Source: Carcharhinus longimanus (lineage: Eukaryota). Taken from it: a stretch of 64,000 bases of DNA. This document shows positions 1 to 11,985 of this stretch, piece after piece. The number at the start of each line of letters is the position of its first letter. Position 1 is the stretch's first letter. Location of the stretch: contig JASCQW010000122.1 of assembly GCA_030264375.1 (NCBI GenBank), positions 17,352,430 through 17,416,429 on the forward strand. Reading direction: 5' to 3'. The notes under the pieces were generated by a model that had not been told where the DNA came from, ran no database searches, and worked only from the letters and a program-made list of their open reading frames with translations. The translations under genes and the position numbers were made by a program.

Positions 1-138
1 AAGCATGCCAAATGCCTTCTTCACCACTCTGTCCACCTGTGACTCCACTTTCAAGAAGCTATGAACATGTACCCCTAGATCTCTTTGTTCTGTAACTCTT
101 CCCAACGCTCTACCAGTAACTGAATGAGTCTGCCCTGG
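1..138 (-). mobile_element. Inverted segment of CR1/HER1-type LINE ORF2 (RT C-terminal region)
   Basis: The reverse complement matches the plus-strand CR1 copy at ~56560-56700 (RVTEQRDLGVHVHSFLKVESQVDRVVKKAFGML-type peptide). It abuts the plus-strand copy at 139. Confidence 0.85.
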
Positions 139-795
139 GGTGAAGAAGGCACTCGGCATGCTTGGCTTCATCGGTCAGAACATTTAATACAGGAGTTAGG
201 ACATCTTGTGGAAGTTGTATAAGACATTAGTAAGGTCACACTTGGAATACTGCGTATAGTTCTAGTTACCTTATTATAGAAAGGATATTATTAAACTAAA
301 AAGAATGCAGAAAGGGTTTACTAGATGCTACCAGGACTTGACGGTTTAAGTTATAAAGGAGAGGCTGGATAGACTGGGACTTTTTTCCCCAAGAATGTAG
401 GAGGGTTAGGAATGATTTTATAGAGGTCCCTAAAATAATGAAGGGCATAGATCAGCTAGATAGTCAATATCTTTTTCCAAAAGGAGGGGAGGCTAAAACT
501 AGAGGACATAAGTTTAAGGTGAGAGGGGAGAGATGAAAAAAGGCCCAAAGGGTCAATGTTTTCACACAGAGGATAGATGAGTGTCTGGGATGAGCTGTCA
601 GAGATAGTAGTAGAGGTTGGTACAATTCTGACATTTAAAAAGCATTTAGGCAGTTATGTGGGTAAGATGGGTGTAGAGGAATATGGGCCAAACGTGGGCA
701 ATTGGGACTAGCTAAGTGGTAATAACTGATCCGCGTGGACATGTTGGGTCGAAGGGCCTGTTTCCACGCTATAAACGTCCATGACTCTATGACTG
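139..795 (+). mobile_element. CR1/HER1-type LINE 3' fragment (decayed ORF2 end, 3' UTR, GACTCTAT tail)
   Basis: Colinear with 56675-57318. Ends gggtcgaagggcctgtttcc...atgactctatgac. Confidence 0.9.
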
Positions 796-1651
796 TCCAA
801 GTCATGTGGGTGTCAGTCAATTAAAACTGGTTACAGACCCAGTTGCCTCTAATTATGTGGGCATGCCAGCCCTCACCCACCTGCAGGGAAGCTTCCCTGA
901 TGAGGACAAAGGGTGTCAGCTCAATGTTGTAAGAGAGCAGGTTGGGGGGGGGTGCGCTCGGAGCCAAATGTCCCAGAGGGCAGTGGCCATGAGGACCACC
1001 TTTGTGGCCTAAACAATCCTCCTTGTTGGGGGGGGGGGAAGATGGCTGGTTCTCTTCCACTCTCAGGGATCTAATTTCAAAACCTGTCTTCAAGAAGGAC
1101 TGCCTATTGCGAAGCCCGTAGTGTCACCCACCTGCTTTCGCAGCATCCACCTCACCCAGTAGCTCTGAGGAGGCTCCAGAGCTGCCAGCAGCATTGAGAG
1201 CCACCCATTATCCTGAACAGGATGGTCAGTGTAGAGGTGGCCCATTAGGTGAAGATTGAGCTGTTGGTGTGCTGCCTGCACCTGGGCTTAGGACCCCCAC
1301 TTCGTCCCAACATCTCGGTACCAGACCCTGTTAGAAACTGCAGCCCATCCAGACTCACTGAGCTGGCGGATCTCAATAGCTGGGAATAATTGATCTGTTC
1401 TAGACTAAAGAGATAGAAATGACAGTTAAAATTCCTGCTTTCAGTGCTTAAAGCATGCCCTGCTTGAAAGGGCAGGTAGCAGGACCTGAACAACCTGCAG
1501 GCTCGAGCTAATAACTGAAACATAACAATCATGCAACACAAATGACAGATAATGACCACCTCCAATTAAAGAGGCTCCAACTATCTCCCCTTGAATATAC
1601 CACTCTCAACATCCAAGATATCACCATTGACCAGGAACTAAACTGGATTAG

Positions 1652-2530
1652 TGTTCAGGAGCAGATCACAAAGTTATATCATGATTAGACCTCAACTTTT
1701 TTTGATTTTGACATTAGTGCCTCACTCCAGGTGTGATTCTATTGACCCACCAGGAAGCTTTTATAAAAACAAATTTTATTTAACAATACAGTTTATATAT
1801 AACAAAAAGAGTTTGCATAAATTTACCATTGAAATACTTAGACATGACAATGTATAATTCGTAACCGCTAACCTATCTCTGTGGTTTTAATTTAAACAAT
1901 ATTCCCATAGACATGAACTCCTCTCTAGAAGCATTGAGCAAATACACACAGGTTTACGTGGGTTGCCAGTCCTCCAGCCACTTAACCCTCTGGGCAAAGA
2001 TACAGAGAGACACCTGTCTTCTGACTCTCAGATTGCAGCCTCCAGAGAAAGGCCTGTCTTCAAACCTCCAGACAATAAAGAGAGAGAGGGAGAAAGAGAG
2101 AGAGACAGACAGATAGAATATCTCTTGCCTTTTGCAGTTCCTTGGAGAGAGATACCTATTTTCTAGGATTTCCTAGACTTCAATTGCCAAAAAGAGAGAA
2201 GGTGAGAGGAAGAGCTGCTCCTATCATATTCAAACAGCAACTGCCTATCTGTAAGCCTAACTTGACTCATTCACACAACTTGTCAATTAACCTAATTAAA
2301 TCCTGCTCTGAAACCCCAGGGAACAACGCTAAAAATAAGACTCAATAACTCAGATTAAAACAAACACCACAATAATTAGGAGCAATTGTTCTTCTTCATT
2401 CTCAGCATGTGGGCTGATGGTTGCAGACAATTGGTATCGTAACAGAGATTATAAACAGTCCCTTCATAGGAAACATGATACAAATACATTTCTTAAAGGC
2501 ACAGTATCATCACATCTCCCTCCTTAAAAA
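1652..2530 (-). mobile_element. Orphan 3' LTR (~863 bp, TG...CA) of an LTR retrotransposon with adjacent polypurine tract
   Basis: The minus strand reads aaggagggaga (PPT), then TGTGATGATAC...CTCCTGAACA (2514 to 1652). The internal region is lost after ~2565. Confidence 0.65.
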
Positions 2531-2566
2531 ATTGAATCATCAATATGCAAATGTGGCTTCATTATT

Positions 2567-2850
2567 CATAAGAACATAAGAACATAAGAAATAGGAGCAG
2601 GAGTAGGCCATCTGGCCCTTCGAGCCTGCCCCGCCATTCNNNNNNNNNNNNNNNNNNNNNNNNNNNNNNNNNNNNNNNNNNNNNNNNNNNNNNNNNNNNN
2701 NNNNNNNNNNNNNNNNNNNNNNNNNNNNNNNNNNNNNNNACAGAGTAAGTCCTGCCCTGGTTGAATCTACCAAAATGCATCACCTCACATTTGTCTAAAT
2801 TAAACTCCATCTGCCATTCGTCAACCCACTGGCCCAATAGATCAAGAGTC
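2567..2850 (-). mobile_element. CR1 LINE fragment(s) spanning a 100-N gap
   Basis: (CATAAGAA)n tail and 3' UTR lie left of the gap. LGQWVDEWQMEFNLDKCEVMHFGR RT peptide lies right of it. Confidence 0.85.
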
Positions 2851-4950
2851 ATTGCTATCACCTGTGACAGTGTCTCTGAAATATCAATAATCTGTTGGTG
2901 AATAGATTGCTGAATTGTCCTGACACCCAACTAGTCCCTCTGCACATTTTAATCCATAGCCATAATGCAGCAGTCTGAGCTTGCATGGCAGCATGCTCAC
3001 ACAACCTCAGTATGAACTTCCATTGCAGCATTCATACATCAGGGGCTTCTGCTTGTGTTAGAATAGAAGCTGTGACATCGCCCACAAGAAACTGCATCAT
3101 GGTTGAGTCCACAAGTGTGCAAATGGATTTGCTCACCACTTCCATGCTGGAAATGATGGGCTCCATGCTCTTTGCTAAACCATTGCCAAGTTGGTGCTTG
3201 ATTTTTCCATCTTTCGTAACTACCTAGTGCAACAAGTATTTTGTTGTGCCGACCCATCAGCATTTTTCTCTGGGGTGTCCCACCAAGGTCCTCACCTGAG
3301 TCTTTTGCAGCTGAACCTGTTTGCAACTTTGCCCTCTGGTAAGCTAACATCTGCACTTTCCTTGTCTATGCTATTACCCACTCATCCCCAGTGTCTCACC
3401 GTGTAAAAATCCTATCTCTTAACTCATCCGGCTAGGGTTAATATCTAAGCTGGTAGCTGCAATTCTAAAATGAAGTGACACTGCTGTGTCTTTTATCATC
3501 GCTCTCTTCTTGGTGTTCCCCAATGCCTACTCAGTATGCACAACCTGGGTATTTGAAAAGAAAAGGGCATATGTATGAAGTTGTGATGTGTGGTTGAGGG
3601 AGATAGTAAGAAATACACCATCAGAAATTTTGGGTAAGAAGAGAGTATGGGCTGAGAAAGAGGTGGAATATGAGAAGGAAGATTGGGTACTAGAATGCTG
3701 CCATCTTCAATGGACATTACATAGAACCACAGAATTTCTACAGTGCAGAAGAAGGCCATTCAGGCCATTTACAGTTTGCACCAACTTTCCAAAAGAACAT
3801 CTCACCTGGGCACACTCTCCTGCCCTATCCCCAAAACCCCACACATTACCATGACTAATCCATCTAACCTACACATCTTTGGCCATTAAGGAGTGATTTA
3901 GCACCCACTTAACCTTCACATGCACCATTGACTGTGGAGAAAACCGGAACACCCGGAGGAAGCCCACACAGAAATAGNNNNNNNNNNNNNNNNNNNNNNN
4001 NNNNNNNNNNNNNNNNNNNNNNNNNNNNNNNNNNNNNNNNNNNNNNNNNNNNNNNNNNNNNNNNNNNNNNNNNNNNNTTAACCTTCACATGCACCATTGA
4101 CTGTGGGAGAAAACCGGAACACCCGGAGGAAGCCCACACAGAAATAGGGAGAACGTCAAACTCCACACAGTCACTCATGGCCGGAACTGACCCCGGGTCC
4201 CTGATGCTGTGAGGCAGCTGTGCTAACCACTATGCAACCAAGCTGCCCTTAACAACAAGCAAAGTTTTGACATGAGATTGCTCCTGTTCCTCTCTGGCTC
4301 AGTCCTGTTGCTTCCTACATCTTGACCTGCAAGAGAGAGGAAGTGTGACTAAATGTCATCCGATCTGTTGAGCTGATGTGACAGTCATGGTTGAACAGCT
4401 GGAATTGTGTGTAAGCTTTAGTGTGGCATTGTAATCAGTGTGATAATTCTAGCTATGCTAGATATGAGAGGGGAAGGCAAAGGTTATGAATGCGAGTATG
4501 AGTACAGATCGATAGAGGGTGTTGGCAGATGCATGAAAATGGTATGATAACTTGAGCAATATTTGAGGCTAGTGCTGTGTAGTTCGTCGCATACAGCATT
4601 TGAAGATACATTCTCTGATCTTGGCCACTCATGTGAGGTCATTGAACCGTTTTTAGTCCCGGAGGGTTTGACTCCTAATATTGACGTCCACTGCTATCTG
4701 CTCCAACTCTCTTTTAAGCCTGTTCCTCAGGCCCTCCTAGATCCTTCAATCTCCTCTATTTTCCATATCCACCACCTAGGCTTTCAGTACAGTGTTTGGC
4801 ACAATACAGAAAACCATTGATCTGATCCCACACACTCCTATGTCATGCCATTCTTCCGATTCACCTCCTGCACAACTGCCAGCACCTGCTCCGGCCACAG
4901 AGCACCTCTATTTGAGAGATGCAGGCTTTGTTTAAGCAATGCAAATTTGC
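2851..4950 (-). mobile_element. Decayed PIF/Harbinger transposon, Myb/SANT-like accessory-protein gene remnant (interrupted by a SINE at 3720-4248)
   Basis: The minus strand at ~4850-4620 gives VLKA*VVDMENR...LKRELEQIAVDVNIRSQTLR..KRFNDLT*VAK. This fits the W/LxxIAxxVN...KRFNDL pattern of Harbinger Myb/SANT proteins. Stops and frameshifts are present. The extent toward 2851 is inferred. Confidence 0.6.
3720..4248 (-). mobile_element. HE1-type tRNA-derived SINE (spans an N gap)
   Basis: Reverse complement: gggcagcttggttgcatagtggttagcacagctgcctcacagcatcagggacccggg (A/B-box head), HE1 body and CR1-like tail. Confidence 0.9.
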
Positions 4951-5294
4951 TTTAACTGGAGGTAGCAAGTTATGATTTTCAGCTCCAGCATGGTGGCTAG
5001 TGGAAAAATGGAATATCCCACCCAAGGTCAATGAACTTTTCCATGATCTGCCCCTCACCTGCTATGAATCCCAAGGCAGGCAGAATGGGAAAATTCATCC
5101 CTACCTCTCAAAATGGAGAAATAAACTGATGCACATGGCTACAGAGAAGTATTCAGAAATAAGTGTTATTTTGACCATTGAGCAGCAATAGATTAGAAAG
5201 ACTTGGACAAGGAAGGCCCTTTAGTCTTACTTCATCATTCAAAAAGTGAACAGTAACTTATTCCTATTAATACTCATCGGAATGGCAGACACGA

Positions 5295-5622
5295 GGTGAC
5301 AAGGTGGCACAGTGGTTAGCACTGCTGCCTCACAGCACCAGGGTTGCAGGTTCAACTCCAGCCTCGAGTCACTGTCTGTGTGGAATTTGCACATTCTCCC
5401 CGTGTCTGCGTGGGTTTCCTCCGGGTGTTCCGGTTTCCTCCCACAGTCCAAAGACATGCGGGTTAGGTTGTTTGGCCATGCTAAATTGACAGTGTCAGGG
5501 GAATTAGCACGATAAATGTGTGGGGTTACAGGAGTAGGGCTTGGGTGGGATTGTGGTAAGTACAGATTTAATGGGCCGAATGGCCTCCTTCTGTCCTGAA
5601 GAGATTCTATGGTTCTATGTTC
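5295..5622 (+). mobile_element. HE1-type SINE, full length, CR1/HER1-like tail
   Basis: ggtggcacagtggttagcactgctgcctcacagcaccaggg...ggttcaactcc (Pol III A and B boxes). Ends gggccgaatggcctccttctg...ttctatggttctatg. Confidence 0.92.
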
Positions 5623-7142
5623 ACCAATGAGCAGCAGGGTCAGATGTGGTGCATGCAGCAATCATTCAAATAAGTAGGCAGCATGCTGTTGTGTGCTGCC
5701 TGCACTCCATTGAAAAGGCACAGGTTAATCATTACTATGTTTTTGGTGGTTATCTAATTTAGCATCATGAGTATGTTCAGGTTATCTCACCACTGGACAG
5801 CATGGCTAATTCCAATCCTATTTTCTACTAGTGCTCAGAGTAAGCGAGCATAAAATGTGGTAACTTTTCTTTTTTCTAGCACAGGGACTTTGAGACCAAT
5901 CATGGTGACTCAATTGTTTCTCTCCTCTCCATTATGGCTGATTTCAGCTTACACAACACAGAACAACAAAGGATTTGGTGACCTTTATGATTTTCTTTCT
6001 AATTCTCTGGATACGTAGGTTGCTATTAAGGCCAATATTTATTGCCCAACCCTTGAGGAGGTGATGGTGGGCCTTTTTGAATCGTTGCAATTCATTTGTT
6101 TAAGTTTTCCCACAGAGAGTTGTGCATTTATGGCCTAAAACATTTTGAAAGCAGGTTTACTATTACATGAAATATAAAATAAATATTATCACTAAAGAAA
6201 AAAATTGCAAAGCAAATAAATGAATAAGACAAAGCTTTTATTCCAAAGACCACAGAAAAGTTTTGTTTTCATTTGAAACACAATATCAGATCACCAGTGG
6301 TCGCACTTGCATGGATATGTGGTTCAGACAATGCCTTGATTTTAATCCTTCCAATGGGCGAGGATGGAATGGGAAGTTTGTTAAAATATCAGGATCCATT
6401 CCTGCCCATCTAAACTTTTACAGACCCAAATCCAGCCACTGACACAGCTCCCACAAAAGGCAGGCTGAGGCCTAATCAATATTCAAAGGTTGAGGCCGAT
6501 ATCATCAGCACTGTAACTTCAATTTACCTGGAGTCTGGGGGGTCTGTTGGTACTATCCCTTATTCCTCTGCCCTCCCCACCCCTAACCGCAGCCTGGGGC
6601 TTTTGACTCCCCCATCACCCACCACCATCCCCCAACAAAGTTACCATGATTCCATTTTCTAGAAATCACTCTACCATTCACCCCGGTCTTGAGTTTCAAT
6701 GGAACAGTCAAGGTGCCCAACTGTTATTTGCTGGCTTTGCAGATTTTTTAGATTAGAAATAGGAGTTAAATAAAAACCTTCCCATCCCTGGTGTACATGG
6801 CTCAGCCTGTACTCAGCTCAATATACTACACTACTAAAGCACCATACTGCACAAAAGGCATTTTATGTTGCCTTTTGTTTTCATCGTGAACCACACCCAA
6901 GTACGAATAGCAAGCCGTCTTATTTTATTATAGCCTCTCCTTACACTATAGCCTTTGGGAGTTCTCTGTGCCACGCCAAGCCTTTCCCTGGTATCTTTCC
7001 TTCCAAAAATGAACTTAATTCTGATTACTAGCACAATGTCCAAAGTCTGCTGTCCACTTGTTCACTCCAACAAACATCCTGCGAGTTTACGTCTCAACAA
7101 TGATCCAAAATCCCACTGACATTGCTAAAAAGGTTTTTTAAA

Positions 7143-7425
7143 AAAGTTTATTTATTAGTCAGAAGTAAGGCTTACATTAACACTACAATGAAGTTATTGT
7201 GAAATTCCCCTAGTAGGCTCACTCCAGTGCCTGTTTGATACACTGAGGGAGAATTTAATATGGCCAATGCGCCTAACCAGAACGCCTTTCAGACTGTGGG
7301 AGGAAACCCACACAGACACAGGGAGAACATGCGAACTCCACACTGACAGTGGCCTAAGCCAGAAATCGAACCAGGGTCCCTGGCGCTGTGGGGCAGCAGT
7401 GCTAACCACTGTGTCACCGTGCCGC
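7143..7425 (-). mobile_element. HE1-headed SINE with alternative 3' tail (...aatgtaagccttac...taataaataaact)
   Basis: Same tRNA head as the 5295 copy. The tail matches the 10343 copy and the 54528 fragment. Confidence 0.88.
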
Positions 7426-9440
7426 GTTTCTTTCTGCCAATTATAAAGAAGTATCCTATTGTACAGAGAGAGTACATTTAGACTGTCCTTTAACAGCAAC
7501 ATTAGAATTTAGATTTCAGCTACTTAGTAACAATTTCTTCATGACAAAAGTGCATAGCATGAAGGTGAACAAGTTAATTACAATAACTTACAAAAAGGAA
7601 GTCAATCCTACTGCCACTGTCCGCATCTCAATAGGTTTCCATGCATGAAACTTAGACTATGTTTAAAACAGAATGGATAATCCATTGGAAAAGGTTCTTA
7701 TTTTGGGGTCTCCAGCAGGTGATAGGCAGAATCTCTGGAGAAACAGCTACATGTTACAGAAAGAAGTCATGAGAATTCAGTGGAAATTTTCCCTCATGGA
7801 GCTGAATAGATTTAACTTATTCATGTCCAATATAACATGAGGTTGAATTTTGTGAGGTCTTTGTTCCATGTATTGCTTTCTCCCCTCCACCTTGCCAGAA
7901 AAGTTGGTCACAAAACCAACCAACTCAAGAAAAGGCTTCCCCGCAGCAATATTATCCTGCAGGTGACCTTACCAAGCAGAGAATGGGACTTCCACTTCTC
8001 AGTGGAACCACGTCCCGCCCTGGAAAGCTGCTGGCCAAGCCTTCCCACTCTCTCCTGGCTTCCACTCCCAGGAATGTTACAGCAGTTCAGGCACATTAAT
8101 GTCTTTAAATTACCATTAGTTGGGCCTCAAAAGATCCAAAGTTAGACAGGCTAGTGGACACCTTACCCACCCGCTATTATGGTTATATATGAGTAGCCCA
8201 TCATTTTTTTGCTCACCTATTATACCTTACATGCCCACCCCCAACTCTGAAAACACGTTTAGTAAGACACCATGAAATCTAATTTGGAGCACAGAATTTC
8301 AAAGTGGGGTGCCAGTGTCTACAAAAACTTGAGACGATCCCTGGGGCTCTACAAGCTCATTAGGGATATTAGGTTTGTGTATGTTTCTGTACAGTATTTG
8401 TAAATGATCATCAACATGTTAATTCTTGTCATTTTTTTATGCTAAATATTTTCTAAAGTCCACTGTCACTGGCCTCCTGGGGATGGAGGTCAAGTCTCCT
8501 ACAATCCTGTCCCTGCCCAAGGGATAGTGACATCCAGAGATCATAGCAAGAAAACCCTTCCAATATATACCAGCTATCGCTACCATGAAATGCATCTCTT
8601 TAAAATCAGACTCAATATACATATACCCTGTGAGTCAAAGCTCAAAGAGGATATATTTAAATAAAGCAGCAAAATGAAGAGTTTGAAGTTCAAAACAATG
8701 AATCATGTAGTTCATAATCCTCCTCAGTACTTATAATATTAATGATGCCACTCACTTGCTCACCATACATAGGCTTAATAACAGAAGCACATTCCTTACT
8801 CTGTGAAACATGCTGTAATTGCAGAAGCAGCCTACCCTTTTTGCTGGCTGGCACAAATGTAACCTACAGAACTTCTCAGCTGGCTAGAAAGCAGAAAACT
8901 GCCTGATTTCCATCACAGTATTGGCTCAGATAGATCTTTGAAAGATATACTGAAACAAAAGGCTGTATTTGCCTTATCAGTAGTAAATATATTACCAATC
9001 CTCAACAATACTAAGCAGTGCTTGCCATGCAATGTGAAATTTACAGCCAAATGCCATAATTAGGACCTTAGACTCCACATTGTGATTTCCTTAACAACTC
9101 ATACCTTGTGGAGTATACCAGCTGGTCTGGTCTCCTGAGTTCATTACATTGCCCTTTAGCAATATCCTGTGTGACCTTGAATTTTAACCCCTTATATACT
9201 GTTGTCAGCAACTAGAAAATACAAGTTAAAATTTTAATACAGACAAATCATTTTTGTCAAATGTCTGTCTTTGTATGTGATTTATTCCCACAGTGATAGT
9301 TCTACTTTCTATTGGGTAGCTAACAATATCCTGGTGCTGATAAGAGAGTTCCTGAAAGTATCTTAATGAGTGTATGGTATGTCTCTCTCACAGAAAGATC
9401 GAAAAGCTATTGATTAACATGTGGTCGATGAAGGCATTAT

Positions 9441-9567
9441 GGGCAGAATTTTATGGCCTCACTTGAGCGAGACCAGAAATTCCTGCCCACGGTCAACAGA
9501 GATTTCCTTTGTCGGACCCTCGCCCCACTCCGATTCTGTGGTGGATGAGGTGATAAGAGTCCTAGCA
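9441..9567. mobile_element. Short (~125 bp) MITE with GGGCAGRATTTT-type termini, probably Harbinger-derived
   Basis: Homologous to 19619-19854 (minus its insert), ~4990-5101 and 27183-27308 (inverted). Confidence 0.65.
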
Positions 9568-10342
9568 TAAGTTTTTCTACCCACACCAGATACCTTGCAA
9601 TAATATTTTATGATACATTCCCAAGGACAATTCAATGTAAAAGGGATGACCTAAATTTATGATTTTTCTTAACTACTCATAATGTTTGGAAATTTAGGGA
9701 AAATGTAGTTGCTCGGCTAAACTATATTTCGTAATAAAAATGAAATAGTCAATAATTCCATCAAGAGGTTCAGATGGGTTTGTTTTCAGCCTCACTTTGT
9801 GACAGGGTCCTGCACTCATCCCTAAAATGTAGAATCATGGAATCATAGAAAAATACAGCACACAAGGAAGCCATTTGGTCCATTTTGCTAATGCCAGCTC
9901 TTTAGTGGGCTATTGAATTAACCTCACTTTCCTCACAGCCCAACTGTTTATCAAATTTCCTTTTAAAAGTTACTACTGAATCTGCTTCCACTACCATTTC
10001 AGGCTGTGAAGTTCATAAATGTGTTTTCCTCATGCATTGGATGAAGTCAGGCACTTTGCCCAGAAAATCATCTCAAAATGGAATTAGAGCTTTTAAGTTA
10101 CTCTTCCACAATTTTTTAAAATTGCATTACATGCATTGTAAACATCTCAGATGCCAGTTGTACTAAATGACTAAAGGCTATATATTTAATCACTGATTTT
10201 GACTCAGGGAAGTGAGGAGAAGCAAGCAGCAATTACCAGGCTTGTTAAGGCTCACTGATATAATGCCTGGACTATTTTAACTCCCATGTCTTTTTTACCA
10301 ACACTACTCCCAACTCCAATCAGTCCCAGTATCACAGACATC

Positions 10343-10637
10343 AGGGGCAGCACAGTGGCACAGTGGTTAGCACTGCTGTCTCACAATGCCAGAGACCCGG
10401 GTTCGATTCCTGGCTTGGGTCACTTTCTGTGTGGTGTCTGCATGTTCTCCCTGTGTCTCTGTGGGTTTCCTTTGGGTGCTCTGGTTTCTTCCCACAGTCC
10501 AAAAAACATGCTAGATAGATGCATTGCCTGTGCTAAATTCTCCCTCAGTGTACCCGAACAGGCACCAGAGTGTGATGACTAGGGGAGTTTCACAGTAATT
10601 TCATTGCAATATTAATGTGACACAAATAAATAAACTT
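10343..10637 (+). mobile_element. HE1-headed SINE with alternative 3' tail
   Basis: ggggcagcacagtggcacagtggttagc...gggttcgattcc. Tail: tcacagtaatttcattgcaatattaatgtgacacaaataaataaactt. Confidence 0.9.
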
Positions 10638-11779
10638 AAAAAAAAACCTTGCAGGTGGGCTTTGAGCTAGGAAAGGAGGAAGCCTGGATATATCAGAATG
10701 GTCGCCTCAGTCAGCGAAAGCAGCGAGCCTCGATTTCCATGTTGGTCCTGTTGGAGCACTCCTGCTCAGCTGGCCCACAATGAAGCCCTTCTTTAAACCT
10801 GGATTACCTTTTTGAGCCTCTCCAAGACCGGTATGCCCCTAATGAGGTCGGAACAGATTGTCAAAAGCAACTATCCAACATTAAAATATAGTTAGGGCTT
10901 GAAAGATATCACCCGACCTGAACGTATTAATGTCAAACAGATCTCACCTGTTCAACACAGGACTGTCATTGACTGGCCAGAATGTGTCTGAGTAAATGGT
11001 GTGTGGTGCAAGGTCTTTGAGAATTGAGTGAATAGGCCACTGCAAGGATTTTAACCCTCTTCCACTTGCCACATTCTTGTTGAGTTTGGCCGGGTTAAAC
11101 CCAGGTCTTTAAATTGCACCTCTTCTGTTTTCCTCAGAGAAAACCGGATTTTACAGACTTGCATACAGACAAATGTTACTTTGAATCACTTCAGTTGGTC
11201 CATTTCCATTATATCTCACATGGGGTTTGGTGAAAGTCACATATTTTTGACTGGTTCAGGAACTCAGTGTCCCATGTGACCAGGAACTTTGTGACATTTG
11301 ACAGGAAGCTTGGCTGGGATACAGATGAACATTGCTGTGATCTGGCAGCTGCCTTCCTCGCAATATGTTATAAAGTGTAGAGAGAAAAGATTAGATGGAG
11401 AATCTCAAGTACAAACTTTGTTGGAGCTATCTTGACCTGAGCTACTGTGATAGAGAAGGTGTGAGAAATCTGTTAAATTTCTTGCTTTCTAAATATTAGT
11501 TCAAAAGGGACAGTTAAAAAATGTGAGCTTTGCACTCACACAAATTAGGAATGGTTGACCCTGCCAGATCTTCCGAGGTGAACCTCATTATATATTCACT
11601 GTGAGCTCTTGCCCTAGATTGCACCTGCAACTCGGATCTGGCTCAATGGGGAGGCAGGAAATCCAACACAGCTCTTAAAGGGAATGTAACTGGGAGTTAA
11701 AGGGGACGTAATTTTATTGGCATCAAACATTTTGCATGCAACAAGTTAATCAGTGGAAAACAATGATGCAGCAGCCACA

Positions 11780-11985
11780 ATGAGCTCTGACATTTAGTGT
11801 TGCAACTCTACAGTCTTTTCTTCAATAAGTAGTTCAAAGGAGAGTTGCCCTATTCTTCATTGAAGGGCTTCTTTATCACAGGACCGTCATCCAGATTGCC
11901 TGGGAGGAGATGGACAAAGTCAATGCTCTCTTTCACATTCGGAGAATCTGCTGGCAGTTGAGAGATTCTCAAACACGGAGATTCA
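11780..11985 (+). mobile_element. Second Harbinger Myb/SANT-like remnant
   Basis: ALTFSVATLQSFLQ*VVQRRVALF ... RTVIQIAWEEMDKVNALFHIRR follows the FS...L...V..RR..LF...AWEE...VNA pattern. Confidence 0.55.

Noticed and set aside
800-1560. GC-richer block with several overlapping ORFs
   Set aside because: Probably a decayed interspersed repeat (perhaps Tx1/L1-like), but no motif could be assigned and there is no credible splice structure.
3909-4147. Near-identical direct repeats flanking N gaps (3909-3977 vs 4078-4147; also ~16418-16447 vs 16548-16577 and 40385-40427 vs 40528-40572)
   Set aside because: These are typical unmerged contig overlaps or haplotype bubbles at fixed-size 100-N gaps, not biological tandem duplications.
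5304-5515. Recurrent ORF MAQWLALLPHS... (also at 7289, 10286 and 15562)
   Set aside because: Conceptual translation of the HE1 SINE, not a gene family. The heads are tRNA-derived but are not tRNA genes.
11120-11280. Strong plus-strand acceptor (tcttctgttttcctcag) at 11137
   Set aside because: No good donor or partner exon, and the peptides are unrecognisable.
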